A DNA stretch of 64,000 nucleotides from an uncultured bacterium (lineage in GTDB: Bacteria > Babelota > Babeliae > Babelales > Vermiphilaceae), in assembly GCA_963701085.1 (NCBI GenBank), contig OY969561.1, forward strand, positions 32,001-96,000, read 5' to 3'. The notes under the pieces are model-generated. The model saw only the letters and a list, made by a program, of their open reading frames with translations. It made no database searches and was not told the origin of the DNA. Position numbers and translations under genes: made by a program. The first letter of the stretch is position 1, and every line of letters begins with the position of its first letter. Shown in pieces: positions 28,725-44,871 of the stretch.

Positions 28725-29642
28725 TTATATTTCTACTTGTTTTTCTTCATAATTTGCTTTGTTTTTTAACTCATCTTGGTAGAAAATATAGAGGCCAACA
28801 AGAACAATACTTATAGAAAGATAAAAATGCCAGCTGATTGTTTCTTGAAAAAATGCCCATCCATAGAGCGCTGCAAATAGTGGGCTTAAAAAACTTGTGA
28901 ATGACATAAATGTTGCAGAGTATTTTTTAAGTAATCCTGCATAAATATTGTGGCATAAAATATTGCTAATAAAGATCATAATGATTAATCCTTTGCTAAA
29001 AGCAATGGGGTCAGAGACTTGAGCAGGACCTTCCAGGGCATATGAGGCGATAAGAGAGAGAAGGCCTCCGCTTGCCATGCAGATACCATTGACGATTGAG
29101 GTATCATATTTTTTGTGTTTGACCAATTTTTGTATGAGTAACCAGCTGTAGCAATGGAGTGATACAGAAATGATAAGAAACAGTTCGTAGATAGAAATAT
29201 AAAAAAACTCTCCAAGCGTTGCTTCTTCTGGGCTTTTAGAAATAAGCATGGGCATCATGCCAATAAGGCCTATGGAAAGTCCGAACCATTGCTTGAAAGA
29301 AAGCCGTTCTTTGAATAAAAAATAGGCATAAAGTGCTGATAAGAATGGTGAAAAGTTGTAAAAAAATGATACTTTCCATACAGGAAGCACTTCTAAGGCA
29401 TAGAGTCGTAATCCATACGTTGCAAACATGCCTAAAACAGTTATTTGAGCAAATATCCAAAAATGTTTTCTTTTAATTTTGAATTCTGCTAATGGTAGAA
29501 AATATTGATAAATAAGAAGAATTCCACCTGCAATGAGCATGCGTGTTCCGGATAAAAATAGCGGAGAGGTAAAGCTTAAAAGATATTTACCCATAGGGAA
29601 TGATGTTGCAAAAAGTGCTTGTAGGAGAATGATAAACGTCAT
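28725..29642 (-). CDS. DMT/EamA family transporter
   Basis: About 10 TM helices; two EamA repeats (LFKERLS, FFQETIS). Confidence 0.88.
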   Translation of the reverse strand: MTFIILLQALFATSFPMGKYLLSFTSPLFLSGTRMLIAGGILLIYQYFLPLAEFKIKRKHFWIFAQITVLGMFATYGLRLYALEVLPVWKVSFFYNFSPFLSALYAYFLFKERLSFKQWFGLSIGLIGMMPMLISKSPEEATLGEFFYISIYELFLIISVSLHCYSWLLIQKLVKHKKYDTSIVNGICMASGGLLSLIASYALEGPAQVSDPIAFSKGLIIMIFISNILCHNIYAGLLKKYSATFMSFTSFLSPLFAALYGWAFFQETISWHFYLSISIVLVGLYIFYQDELKNKANYEEKQVEI

Positions 29643-29743
29643 AATATTCGTACCTATTAAAATGAATAAGGTTATACTGTTGTAAGTTATCAAAATTAAT
29701 GTATAAAGAGTATATCGTACAAATAAGAAATGGGGAAAAAAAT

Positions 29744-31309
29744 ATGAAAAATTTTACACAATGTCCATGGAAGAGAATGGGATTGTTTTTATTTTTTTCT
29801 TTTAATAGTGTGGTCGTTTTTGCGATGAATAGTCCTGTTATTTCGAATGATCTTTCTCTCAAGCCAGATAAAATAATGACAATTTTTGATCCAAAAAAAG
29901 AGTTAGAACTCGGCAGACCATGGAATGAGGTGGTTCCAGGAAATATGATGATTACTCCCGATGGTAAAGGAGTTGTTATAGGGGATTGTGGTAGAGTTCG
30001 TTATGCTCAATTTGATAGAGAGTACGATATTTATCCAGAGACTATTATTGAACATTCTCGGGTTAAACATTCTCCCATGATTGGAATGTCGCAAAAAAAT
30101 GATGGATCTTTGTTGGTTGTATCTGCAGGTAATTATATAAATGTAGATAAGAAGCGTGTTGCTGAATATATTATGTTTTGCAATGGATCATCTCATATTA
30201 AAAAAATAGATTGGCCTATTCAGGCAATTTCTCTTGACTCTTGTGGGAAAATACTTGCAATCGCGCGTCGTGATTCTGTTACGGTTATTGATCTTGAAAC
30301 AGGTAAAAATGCTGAAGTATACTTTAAGGGTAGTGTTTTTGATAAGAATATTTGGATTGTAGATATCGCTATTCATGCAAAAGGTAATTCAATTATAGCG
30401 ACGGGCAGCCAAGGAGGAGTTCAATTGATGGCGTTATCCAAAAAAGATCAAGGTGATATTAATTTAAGTATCCTTACGCAAGTAATGAGTGGTGACAGTA
30501 TTGAAAAAATTTATTATTCAAGTCTTGAAGAGTTGTTGTATGTAACTCATGACGGGAAAGCAAAAATAATTGCCACGTATAATCTATTGGAAAATGACCA
30601 GGAAAATGTTCAAACGACTGTTTTTGCGGCTCCATCATCATGTAATATGGCTATTGCGGATTCCGGTGAGCATATTGCCACGGCACATTGGAATAATAAC
30701 AGAAATGTACGTGAAGATATTCGACGTAAAATAAAAGTATATCGTAAAGGTATGCAATGTATTGAGAAGTTTGTTCTTGAAGTGCCTCAGTTGGAAGATC
30801 GATATGATTATATAACGGAGTTAGGACAGTGTGGACTAGGGGTGGGGCATTTATTGCATGTTGCATTATGTGACAAGTGTGTTGCTGTACTTGCAACGGA
30901 TGGTAAGATTCGCGTTTGGTCTTTGCCTGAAAAGAATGTAATTTGCAATGAGGCTGAAAAAAAAGAGCTAGGATTTCATGAAAAATTAGCAGAATTGCAA
31001 ACCGCTTCCCGTTCAAGGGATGAAAAAGAGCCGATGAAAAGAAATCGTTCAAGTTCAGAAAAGGTTCGTAGACAGAATTTAATAATTTCTGGTGATGCAG
31101 TTGAATTGGGAGAAAAGAAAAAAGTCTCTCCACGCTTTATACACCTCATTAGTAGAGGGTCTCATAATAGTTCCAAAGAGAATAGCCCTGTATTATCAAG
31201 AGAGAGTTCGCCGCATAGAGTTGAAAGGAGCGAAGGGGTTACCTTTGCGACTGATGTTAAAGAAAATAAGACACCACCAAAAAATTGTGAAGATAAAAAT
31301 ATAATATAA
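29744..31309 (+). CDS. Secreted WD40-like beta-propeller protein with low-complexity C-tail
   Basis: Signal peptide VFA|MN; DGKIRVWSL and SLDSCGKILA blades; start codon uncertain. Confidence 0.6.
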   Translation: MKNFTQCPWKRMGLFLFFSFNSVVVFAMNSPVISNDLSLKPDKIMTIFDPKKELELGRPWNEVVPGNMMITPDGKGVVIGDCGRVRYAQFDREYDIYPETIIEHSRVKHSPMIGMSQKNDGSLLVVSAGNYINVDKKRVAEYIMFCNGSSHIKKIDWPIQAISLDSCGKILAIARRDSVTVIDLETGKNAEVYFKGSVFDKNIWIVDIAIHAKGNSIIATGSQGGVQLMALSKKDQGDINLSILTQVMSGDSIEKIYYSSLEELLYVTHDGKAKIIATYNLLENDQENVQTTVFAAPSSCNMAIADSGEHIATAHWNNNRNVREDIRRKIKVYRKGMQCIEKFVLEVPQLEDRYDYITELGQCGLGVGHLLHVALCDKCVAVLATDGKIRVWSLPEKNVICNEAEKKELGFHEKLAELQTASRSRDEKEPMKRNRSSSEKVRRQNLIISGDAVELGEKKKVSPRFIHLISRGSHNSSKENSPVLSRESSPHRVERSEGVTFATDVKENKTPPKNCEDKNII

Positions 31310-32296
31310 TTATTGCAATGCTGTATCGATGAACGCAGCAATTTTTTCTTTATATAATTCTTTGTGTATAAGATGATGCTTTGCATGGAATGATTGTTTT
31401 ATCCACCAACATGTTGTGAGTGGCGCCAACTGAGAAAGTTTAAAGGCGTCACTTTTTTTTGCATATGTATCGTCATGTGAGTGAATAAAAAGAATGGGTG
31501 ATGCAATATGATGTATTTTATCAAATAATGTTGTTATTTGTTCGTGGTATTTCACTAATGGCTTTGTGCAAAAATAATAGCTTATTTTACAACTGTTTTG
31601 CGTGATAAAGCTGCATAATTTATAAATGAAGCTTTGTCGAATTTGATTTTTTGTTGCGTATATAAAAGAAAAAAGAGCGGGAAGCCGTTTTTCAATTCCT
31701 GCAGGCGGTGCTGTGCGTGCTATTTCTGTTACTGATCCCCATCCACTGTCAAAAATAAGACCTTTAATATTTGATTGAGTTTTTTTATTATTTTTTTCTA
31801 AATGGATGAGAGCATGAGCGGCATTGAATGCTCCAGAACATATGCCAGTGATAATGATGGGTAAATTGTTTGTGTCATTGACATAAGAAATTGCGCCAAG
31901 AATATCTTTATATTCATGCAAGCCATATTCCCATAGTCTCCATAGTAATGATCCATCGCTTTCTCCGTGTCCTCTGGCATCAAACAGTACTATGTTACAA
32001 TAATCGGGAAGTAATGCATAAAAGGTTGCCATTCCTTCCTTTCGTCCAGGAAACCAGCCGGCGCAGACAATGACAGTGCAGGTTGCATCGGGGCGTGATA
32101 AAAAGAGGCCATGAAGGTTGAGGTTGTCAGGTGTTTTAAACGTAATTTCTGTAAATCCATGCTCTTTTAAAGATTCTCGTACTGCGATGTAATTTTTTAA
32201 GAAAGAGGTTGAATAGAATTTATCCAAATTTTCAGTGCAGTGCAGGGAAAATGATAGTAATATTATGGAGCATAAGAAATAATTTTTGTGTAACAT
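31310..32296 (-). CDS. Secreted alpha/beta hydrolase
   Basis: FDARGHGES, GICSG nucleophile elbow, ILFIHSHDD, C-terminal His. Confidence 0.85.
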   Translation of the reverse strand: MLHKNYFLCSIILLSFSLHCTENLDKFYSTSFLKNYIAVRESLKEHGFTEITFKTPDNLNLHGLFLSRPDATCTVIVCAGWFPGRKEGMATFYALLPDYCNIVLFDARGHGESDGSLLWRLWEYGLHEYKDILGAISYVNDTNNLPIIITGICSGAFNAAHALIHLEKNNKKTQSNIKGLIFDSGWGSVTEIARTAPPAGIEKRLPALFSFIYATKNQIRQSFIYKLCSFITQNSCKISYYFCTKPLVKYHEQITTLFDKIHHIASPILFIHSHDDTYAKKSDAFKLSQLAPLTTCWWIKQSFHAKHHLIHKELYKEKIAAFIDTALQ

Positions 32297-32335
32297 GTTT
32301 GTCACTATTTTATAATTTTAAAAATGAAGTAAATT

Positions 32336-33937
32336 ATGAATTTTATAGCAATTATTATCAGTATAGCATTATCTCTATTTTCAACAATTGTCATGAGTTA
32401 TGTATCATTAGCAACGCCGATTGGTCCATGGATTGCGCCGACACTTGTTTTTTTGGCATTGTTGATTTCACGGTTTATTACCAACATTACGACAACATCT
32501 ATGGCTCATATAGTATCAGCAGGATCAATTGGTGGGATTATGGCAACCGCATGTGCGTTTTCATTTCCGACCATTTATTTTTTGGATCCAGCTCTGTTTA
32601 CTCTATGGATGAAGTCCCCACTATTTTTCAGCAGCATGCTTGGTTGTTTTTCTTTTTTGGCTGGTGCATTTGGAATATTAGTAGCAGACATGTCGGAAAA
32701 AACATTAGTTGATACGCAAAATTTATCATTTCCTGTGGGGCAACTGATTCATAAGATGATTGCTGCACAAAATCAGATTCGTAAAGCATATGAGTTGATG
32801 GCTGGTTTTATAGCAGAAGCATTTTTTTCTTTTTTGCAAGGTGGTATTTTTTTGACGCAGGCGGTTGTACCAAAATCAGTGACGGTTTTGCCATCATGTA
32901 AGTTTTTAATTTTTTCATTGCCACGCATGGTGATTAATTTTGATATTGCACCAATGATCTGGGCAATTGGTTTTGTTACCGGGCATGTTATAGCATTGCC
33001 TCTTGCAGTAGGTGCGTTTGCCAATATTGTTCTTCTTAATCCTGTGCAGCGATCATTTTTTTCTTATCTATCATCGATGGAATTTACGCTTGCATTTTGT
33101 AGTGGTATTGTTTTTTTCATTACGATGATGAGTGTTCTTTCTATGCCAAAACAAATCATTAATGGCATGAAAAATGGCATTAAAAAGATGATGAATGCAG
33201 ACAATTCCGTTATAAAGTTTTTTCATGCGCGAGATGTTTTGTTTTCTCTCTTGATTGCGGTAGGGTTGATTCTGTTTCTGTCTTATTTTAAATTTCCCTG
33301 GTATGTGCAGCTTTATCTGATTATGTGTAGTGCTATTACCACGTATCAAATTGCAGCGATTGCAGGGCGCATTGGTTTAGCGCTGTTGGGGCGGTTTGCA
33401 ACGTTTGTTATGGTGCCGGCGATGCTTATTTTTAATATTAATTATGTACATATGGTTTTCATTGCCACTTTTGTTGAAATGGCTGGTGGTGTTGCTGCTG
33501 ATGTTTTATTTGGTCGTAAGTTGGCGCAGTTGTCTGATATTTCTCGTGCAACAATGCGTAAATACCAGTTGCTTGGGTTGGTTATAGCATCGGTAAGTAT
33601 TGGAATAATTTTTTGGCTTTTGATTAATCATTTTGGGTTAGGATCACCGGAGTTGTTTGCGTATCGTGCACAATCGCGACAACTTCTTATTCAAGCCAAA
33701 CATTTTGATTATATGGTGTTGGGCTTGGGTGCTCTATTTGGTATGTTGTTACAACAGATACGCCTTAATCCGATGTTAGTATTAGGAGGGTTGTTGATGC
33801 CGCTTGATATTACGTTTGGTCTGGTTGCTGGCGGATTGTTTGCTGCCCTCTCATCTGATAAAGAGGAATGGTATCCATTTTGGTCAGGTGTTTTTGCAAG
33901 CAACTCTCTTTGTATGTTATTACGCGCGCTAAATTGA
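32336..33937 (+). CDS. OPT/YSL family oligopeptide transporter-like protein
   Basis: Many TM helices; SAGSIGG, FSFP, LSFPVG motifs. Confidence 0.7.
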   Translation: MNFIAIIISIALSLFSTIVMSYVSLATPIGPWIAPTLVFLALLISRFITNITTTSMAHIVSAGSIGGIMATACAFSFPTIYFLDPALFTLWMKSPLFFSSMLGCFSFLAGAFGILVADMSEKTLVDTQNLSFPVGQLIHKMIAAQNQIRKAYELMAGFIAEAFFSFLQGGIFLTQAVVPKSVTVLPSCKFLIFSLPRMVINFDIAPMIWAIGFVTGHVIALPLAVGAFANIVLLNPVQRSFFSYLSSMEFTLAFCSGIVFFITMMSVLSMPKQIINGMKNGIKKMMNADNSVIKFFHARDVLFSLLIAVGLILFLSYFKFPWYVQLYLIMCSAITTYQIAAIAGRIGLALLGRFATFVMVPAMLIFNINYVHMVFIATFVEMAGGVAADVLFGRKLAQLSDISRATMRKYQLLGLVIASVSIGIIFWLLINHFGLGSPELFAYRAQSRQLLIQAKHFDYMVLGLGALFGMLLQQIRLNPMLVLGGLLMPLDITFGLVAGGLFAALSSDKEEWYPFWSGVFASNSLCMLLRALN

Positions 33938-33996
33938 CCTTGCTGTAGGTGCTTGCTATCCTCTCATAAAATATTTTTAACCTATGAGAGGGTGTA

Positions 33997-35205
33997 ATGA
34001 AGAATATAGCGTGTGTTTTATTTAGTTTTCTTTTTATTGTGCAGAGTGCATATGCAGAGTTTCAGTTTGATTATGATCCAATTCTTGTTGTTGTGTTAAT
34101 GGTCAAAAATGAAGAGACGGTGATGCGAGCAACCTTGCAACCATTTATTGATGGTGGCGTTGACTCGTTTTTTATTTTTGATACAGGATCAACTGATAAC
34201 ACTGTTGCGGTGACGGAAGATTTTTTTGCTGAGCATGGTGTTACGCGAGGATATATTGCGCAAGAACCATTTATTGATTTTGCTACATCACGTAACCGCG
34301 CGCTTGATCTGGCTCAAGAAAAATTCCCTCATGCAGCATTTATGGTGATGCTTGATGCCGAGTGGTATCTTAATGATGCCCGTGCATTGGTTGAATTCTG
34401 TGAACTATGTTTGTTGCGTGGTGACATGCATCTTTCTTATTTGATGCATATTGTTAATCAAGCGCTTGATTTTTATACGTGTAGATTAATTCGCTGTAAT
34501 TGTGGTGTGCGTTTTGGTGGAGTGGTGCATGAAACTGTTCTCCAATCATCTGGCGTTAAAGTTCCTGAAAATATTTTTTTTGAGTATTTACCGGAATTAA
34601 ATGGTATTGAAAAGTCAAATGCTCGGTATGTAAGAGATTGTGAATTGTTGCTCAAAGAACATCAAAAAAAGCCGTGGTGTACGCGAACATTGTTTTATCT
34701 TGCACGTACCTGCGAAGATCTTGGTGATTGGGAACAGGCATATGATTTTTATAAAATACGTGTTGAAATGGTTGGTTGGGATGAAGAAGATTTTATCGTG
34801 AAATATCGTTTAGCGCAGACAATTAAAAAGTTAGTATTGTGTTCAGAGTATGGAGGAAAGTATCAATGGTCAGAGGCGCTTGATTATTATATGCAAGCAT
34901 ACCAAATGCGTCCTCATCGCGCTGAGCCATTGGTTGAGATTGCTGACTATTATATAGCAATTGATCAAATGGCATCCGCATTCTTGTTTGCTCGCCATGC
35001 GGCTGAAATGGAATATCCGGAAAAAGATATTTTATTTGTTGAAAAGTATCTTTATAACTATTATCGCTATGAAGTTCTTGCCCGTTGTGCGTGGTATATT
35101 AATGAGTTTGAAATTGGTGAATGGGCTGCGCGCATGGCATATGAAGCGTATCCTGATTATAAATATGCCAAGATTAATATGAATTGTTATGTATCGCGTA
35201 CATAA
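33997..35205 (+). CDS. GT2 glycosyltransferase with TPR domain and signal peptide
   Basis: MVKNEE, DTGSTDNT, FATSRN, LDAE, GVVHE, FYLA..TPR. Confidence 0.9.
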   Translation: MKNIACVLFSFLFIVQSAYAEFQFDYDPILVVVLMVKNEETVMRATLQPFIDGGVDSFFIFDTGSTDNTVAVTEDFFAEHGVTRGYIAQEPFIDFATSRNRALDLAQEKFPHAAFMVMLDAEWYLNDARALVEFCELCLLRGDMHLSYLMHIVNQALDFYTCRLIRCNCGVRFGGVVHETVLQSSGVKVPENIFFEYLPELNGIEKSNARYVRDCELLLKEHQKKPWCTRTLFYLARTCEDLGDWEQAYDFYKIRVEMVGWDEEDFIVKYRLAQTIKKLVLCSEYGGKYQWSEALDYYMQAYQMRPHRAEPLVEIADYYIAIDQMASAFLFARHAAEMEYPEKDILFVEKYLYNYYRYEVLARCAWYINEFEIGEWAARMAYEAYPDYKYAKINMNCYVSRT

Positions 35206-35215
35206 GAGGTGTAAT

Positions 35216-35252
35216 AAACTGCCCGATATAAAAAAATATACCGGGCAGTTTT
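35216..35252. terminator. Bidirectional terminator between convergent genes
   Basis: AAACTGCCCG...CGGGCAGTTT. Confidence 0.8.
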
Positions 35253-35259
35253 GTTTGCT

Positions 35260-35652
35260 TTATACAGGATTTGCGACCGCAAGTAAACATACAGTAATTG
35301 AACTGTCCGGTGCCTCGCTTACAACGCCAAAGCTTACTTGATAAACCATTATGGTTGTAGAGCCGGCGCTATTTGTGCTAACTTCTGCTCCAAATGTTTC
35401 ATTGGTAGAGTGAGGAATGTTTTGTATTACAGCAATTTGAATAAACGGTGGTTGGGTAAACCAACCAACTGGGTAGGTGAAAGTTGCGCCTCCTGTTGTG
35501 TAATTTTGTTGATCAATTACATAGTTTAATTGTGATCGACTAGCCATATCGAATGTTTGTGTTGTTTGAGTTACAACTCCTGTTACCATTCCATAGCAAG
35601 GGATCATTAAAAAAGTGATGGCTGTGATAAGAATAAGTTTAAGTTGTTTCAT
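35260..35652 (-). CDS. Small secreted beta-rich protein partnered with collagen-like protein 1
   Basis: Signal peptide; paralogue of 38287..38682 (YTTGG.TFTYPVG.FT.PP). Confidence 0.8.
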   Translation of the reverse strand: MKQLKLILITAITFLMIPCYGMVTGVVTQTTQTFDMASRSQLNYVIDQQNYTTGGATFTYPVGWFTQPPFIQIAVIQNIPHSTNETFGAEVSTNSAGSTTIMVYQVSFGVVSEAPDSSITVCLLAVANPV

Positions 35653-35679
35653 GTTTTTCCTGTTCTTTATATTATCAAT

Positions 35680-38136
<2,457 letters not shown>

Positions 38137-38198
38137 CAAAACCCCCCTTAATGAATTTATATATATAAAACAGTATCAAATTTTTTATATGAAAAACA

Positions 38199-38240
38199 AT
38201 AATTGCACAACAATAAATTAATTTATTGTTGTGCAATTAT
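38199..38240. other. Perfect 42-bp palindrome without spacer
   Basis: ATAATTGCACAACAATAAATT|AATTTATTGTTGTGCAATTAT. Confidence 0.85.
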
Positions 38241-38286
38241 GAGCAAACTTGTGTGTATTAAACTGATAATTGATTATACAGTTTTT

Positions 38287-38682
38287 TTATACAGGGTCGG
38301 CAATTGCGAGTAAGTTTATTGTGACTGATCCGTTAGGCGCTTCACTCACAACACCAAATTGGACTACATACACCATCACTGTTGTTGCTGATAAGCTATT
38401 TGAACTAATTTCTGCTACAAATGTTTCACTCGCGGCATGTGGTGCATTTGGTTGGACAGAAACTTGTACTACCGGAGGTAGTGTAAAAATCCCAACGGGA
38501 TACGTAAAAGTGATCCCTCCAGTAGTGTAGCTTTGCGAATCGCTTATGATAAATAGTTCTTCTCGGGTTGTTGATGAAGTTATAATAATTTGCTGTATTA
38601 CTGATCCTGTCATCATGGTGCCATAACAGGAATATGTTTGTAAGGTGGCGGTTAGTATAAAAAGTTTAAAAATATTTTTCAT
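38287..38682 (-). CDS. Small secreted beta-rich protein partnered with collagen-like protein 2
   Basis: Likely start MKNIFK at 38682; paralogue of 35260..35652. Confidence 0.8.
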   Translation of the reverse strand: MKNIFKLFILTATLQTYSCYGTMMTGSVIQQIIITSSTTREELFIISDSQSYTTGGITFTYPVGIFTLPPVVQVSVQPNAPHAASETFVAEISSNSLSATTVMVYVVQFGVVSEAPNGSVTINLLAIADPV

Positions 38683-38702
38683 TATATTTTCCAATTTTAA
38701 GT

Positions 38703-40472
<1,770 letters not shown>

Positions 40473-40555
40473 CTACTCTCCTTTGGGTGGAATTATTAAT
40501 AATAAAAAGAAGCTAACATGACTGTTTTTACAAAGCAAATATTGATAAGCACGAA

Positions 40556-41647
40556 TTATTCTGTTGAACTTCTCCACACAAGAAATGCTTCTATAAAGTC
40601 TATGAGTTCGCCATCGAGCACTTTATCTGGTTGTGGAGATTCAAAATCGGTGCGATGATCTTTTACCATTTTATAAGGATGTAATACGTATGATCTAATT
40701 TGTGATCCCCATTCTATTTTTCTTTTTTCAATACCACTCGTGCGTTTTGCTTCTTGCTCTTCTTTCATTTTTTGAGCAAGTTTTGCGTAAAGCATTTTCA
40801 TAGCAAAGGCTTTGTTCTGTTGTTGCGAGCGTTCATTTTGACACTGTACAACAATGTTAGTTGGTAAATGGGTAATGCGAACAGCAGAATCGGTTTTATT
40901 TACGTGTTGTCCTCCAGCGCCACTTGCGCGGTAGGTATCAATACGTAAATCTTTTGGATCTATTACAACATCAAGATCAGGAACTTCTGGTGTTACCATA
41001 ATGCTGGTAAATGATGTATGGCGGCGTTTGTTTGAGTCAAAGGGTGAAATTCTGACCAAGCGATGGATTCCATGTTCACTTTTGAAGTAGCCATAAGGAT
41101 TTTTTCCGCGGATAAAGAGTGTTGCTGATTTTATGCCAGCTTCTTCTCCTGCTTGATAGTCGATAGTATCAACATGAAAATTATTGCGTTCGCAAAAGCG
41201 GTAATACATTCGCAAGAGCATATTTGCCCAGTCTTGTGACTCTGTTCCGCCTGCGCCGGCATGAATGTGTACAAAACAGTTTGATGTATCGCTGGGTTCG
41301 TTTAATAAAAGTTGTATTTTGAATGCAATAACTTTTTTACGTAGGGATGTTATTTCTGAGGATATTTTTGCGAGTTCGCTTTCGTTTTCTGCAAAAAGAT
41401 CAACGAGTTCACTGAGTTCTTTGTGGTTTTTTGTTATTTCAAGGTATTGATCACGAAGGGTACGCACTTGCTGGAGTTCTTTTGATATTTCAGTTTGTTT
41501 TGGGTTTTTCCAGAATTCCTCTTCTTGTGATGTTGTTTCAAGTGTCTGAAACTTTTTTTCCAGCTGTGCATTGTTCCAAAATGATACAATGGTCTGAATA
41601 TCAGGGATAAGGTTTTTTAGTTGTTCGTGAAGTTCATCTATAAGCAT
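40556..41647 (-). CDS. prfB: Peptide chain release factor 2
   Basis: SPF anticodon-mimic, GGQ, WGSQIRSY; continuous ORF. Confidence 0.97.
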   Translation of the reverse strand: MLIDELHEQLKNLIPDIQTIVSFWNNAQLEKKFQTLETTSQEEEFWKNPKQTEISKELQQVRTLRDQYLEITKNHKELSELVDLFAENESELAKISSEITSLRKKVIAFKIQLLLNEPSDTSNCFVHIHAGAGGTESQDWANMLLRMYYRFCERNNFHVDTIDYQAGEEAGIKSATLFIRGKNPYGYFKSEHGIHRLVRISPFDSNKRRHTSFTSIMVTPEVPDLDVVIDPKDLRIDTYRASGAGGQHVNKTDSAVRITHLPTNIVVQCQNERSQQQNKAFAMKMLYAKLAQKMKEEQEAKRTSGIEKRKIEWGSQIRSYVLHPYKMVKDHRTDFESPQPDKVLDGELIDFIEAFLVWRSSTE

Positions 41648-41743
41648 AGAGCAGCCTTTTTTATGGTTTGTTAGTTATTGTTAGTATAGCATAGGTAGGT
41701 GGAAATGATAAATTGGCTGCCTTATATAATGCTGCCTTATATA

Positions 41744-41787
41744 ATAAGGAAAAGGATGCCGCTTTTTGGAGACATCCTTTTCCTTAT
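41744..41787 (-). terminator. Hairpin after 41806..42489
   Basis: ATAAGGAAAAGGATG...CATCCTTTTCCTTAT. Confidence 0.7.
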
Positions 41788-41805
41788 TATTGTGAGAAAG
41801 CTATT

Positions 41806-42489
41806 TTAATTATTTTGTGCTTGTTGAGTATTTGTTGCAGCGTTATTTTGAGGTTGCTGCAGGAGTGGCAAAACAATAAATTTTTTCTGTAGTAACCATG
41901 CGCATTGAGCTACTAATCCTGCAGAAATTGCGGTAATTAGCTTTGTTCTGAATGCGGTTGAACTCAGTCCAAGTGCTTTTCCAAAGGCTGTTGGTGTGAT
42001 AACTGTTGCAAGTGCTGTAAGAATTGTATTAAAGACAAAATCATTAAGGGTGAATCCTATTGTTTCAGTGTAAGGATCAGTGTAGTAAAGTTGGTTTTGG
42101 AATAGTTCAGGATAAGCACCGCTGAGTAGTTTTTGGATGCTATTTGCATGAGCAGCATATTTTAAGCCGCTGAGGAGTGAGGCATAAGGGGATAAAGAGG
42201 GATTAGATTGTGCCATGGTTTGGACAGTTTGGATGAGTGTAGTAAAAGCTGCAGCAATTTGTACTTCTTGCATGTTTTGTTGGAGATTGGCATTTGCTTG
42301 TTGCGAGAGATTGTTTACCTCATCTTTTAATGCTTGAGCTATCATGGGGTCTAAGTTAGCTTCAGCAATAATACTATCGAGGGCTGTTTGGACTACAGCA
42401 ACTTGTGGGACGAGATTAGCACTTTGAGAGCATTGAATAGCTGAAGAAGCTCCTGTAGAACATAATAAAAGAATATAGGCGTATTTCAT
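41806..42489 (-). CDS. Secreted/membrane Gln-rich hypothetical protein
   Basis: AGGAG RBS; signal peptide; two hydrophobic C-terminal helices. Confidence 0.8.
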   Translation of the reverse strand: MKYAYILLLCSTGASSAIQCSQSANLVPQVAVVQTALDSIIAEANLDPMIAQALKDEVNNLSQQANANLQQNMQEVQIAAAFTTLIQTVQTMAQSNPSLSPYASLLSGLKYAAHANSIQKLLSGAYPELFQNQLYYTDPYTETIGFTLNDFVFNTILTALATVITPTAFGKALGLSSTAFRTKLITAISAGLVAQCAWLLQKKFIVLPLLQQPQNNAATNTQQAQNN

Positions 42490-42981
42490 ATAAAGTCTCC
42501 TTGTTAAAATGAAAATATTTTACTGATGTATACAAAATTGATAGGGGAGGAGTCAAGCACAAAAATATATATGTTTTTTTGTGCTTTATATATAATGATA
42601 CATATAATAGTAAAAACTCCTTTTTTTGTATCATATAGAGTGATTTTTGTTATTGGCTATTGAGGCTCTTATTGAGCGGATTGAATTTCTGATAGCTGAT
42701 GTCTTAAAAAATGTTTTTAGAGAAAAAATGAGGTTTCAGGACGATCTTTGATTGTGTTTGCGTTTTTATTGATTTAAAAAGGGATGTTTTTATAACTTTT
42801 TTTGTCTTTATATTGGATAGTAGGTGCTAGGCATAGGCATGACCAATAAAGCCCTTAAAATGTCTATTGGATCGCTATATTCATTGATAGTATACCTACT
42901 AAAAGTTTCGTATTATTCATTAAATATGGAGACTGCTGGCAGGGCTGACACATTTTTTTTTAAAAAAGTTTAAAAAAAGGG

Positions 42982-43009
42982 TTGACTTAGTGTGAAATAG
43001 GTTTATAAT
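42982..43009 (+). promoter_or_regulatory. rRNA operon sigma70 promoter
   Basis: TTGACT-N16-TATAAT with A-tract UP region; boxA-like GTTCTTTGAAA near 43089. Confidence 0.8.
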
Positions 43010-43155
43010 TTTCAATAACAATTGATTAAAACGTTTTCAGCAACCGCGAATCAGTCGTTATTTAAAAAGATTTTGATAACATAAAAAGTTCTTTGAAATA
43101 CACAAGAAAAAGTTTCGTATCTATCGATTTTTCGGTAGGATCCCAGTTCAATTCA

Positions 43156-44702
<1,547 letters not shown>

Positions 44703-44794
44703 CGAGGGAGATTCACGAACAATATTTTTATATTGTTCTATATAGGTGTTATTTATTACTGGGTCCTGTCGAAAAATTGATAGATACGGCTTAT

Positions 44795-44871
44795 GGGCCT
44801 ATAGCTCAGCTGGTTAGAGCATTCCGCTGATAACGGAAAGGTCAGTCGTTCGAATCGACTTAGGCCCACCA
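44795..44871 (+). tRNA. tRNA-Ile(GAT)
   Basis: TTCCG-CTGATAA-CGGAA anticodon arm; in the ITS. Confidence 0.96.

Noticed and set aside
40556-41647. Programmed +1 frameshift in prfB
   Set aside because: The ORF is continuous with no CTT-TGA site; absence of the frameshift is common.
41716-41745. 15-bp tandem duplication GCTGCCTTATATAAT x2
   Set aside because: Present, but nothing supports a function or a transposon footprint.
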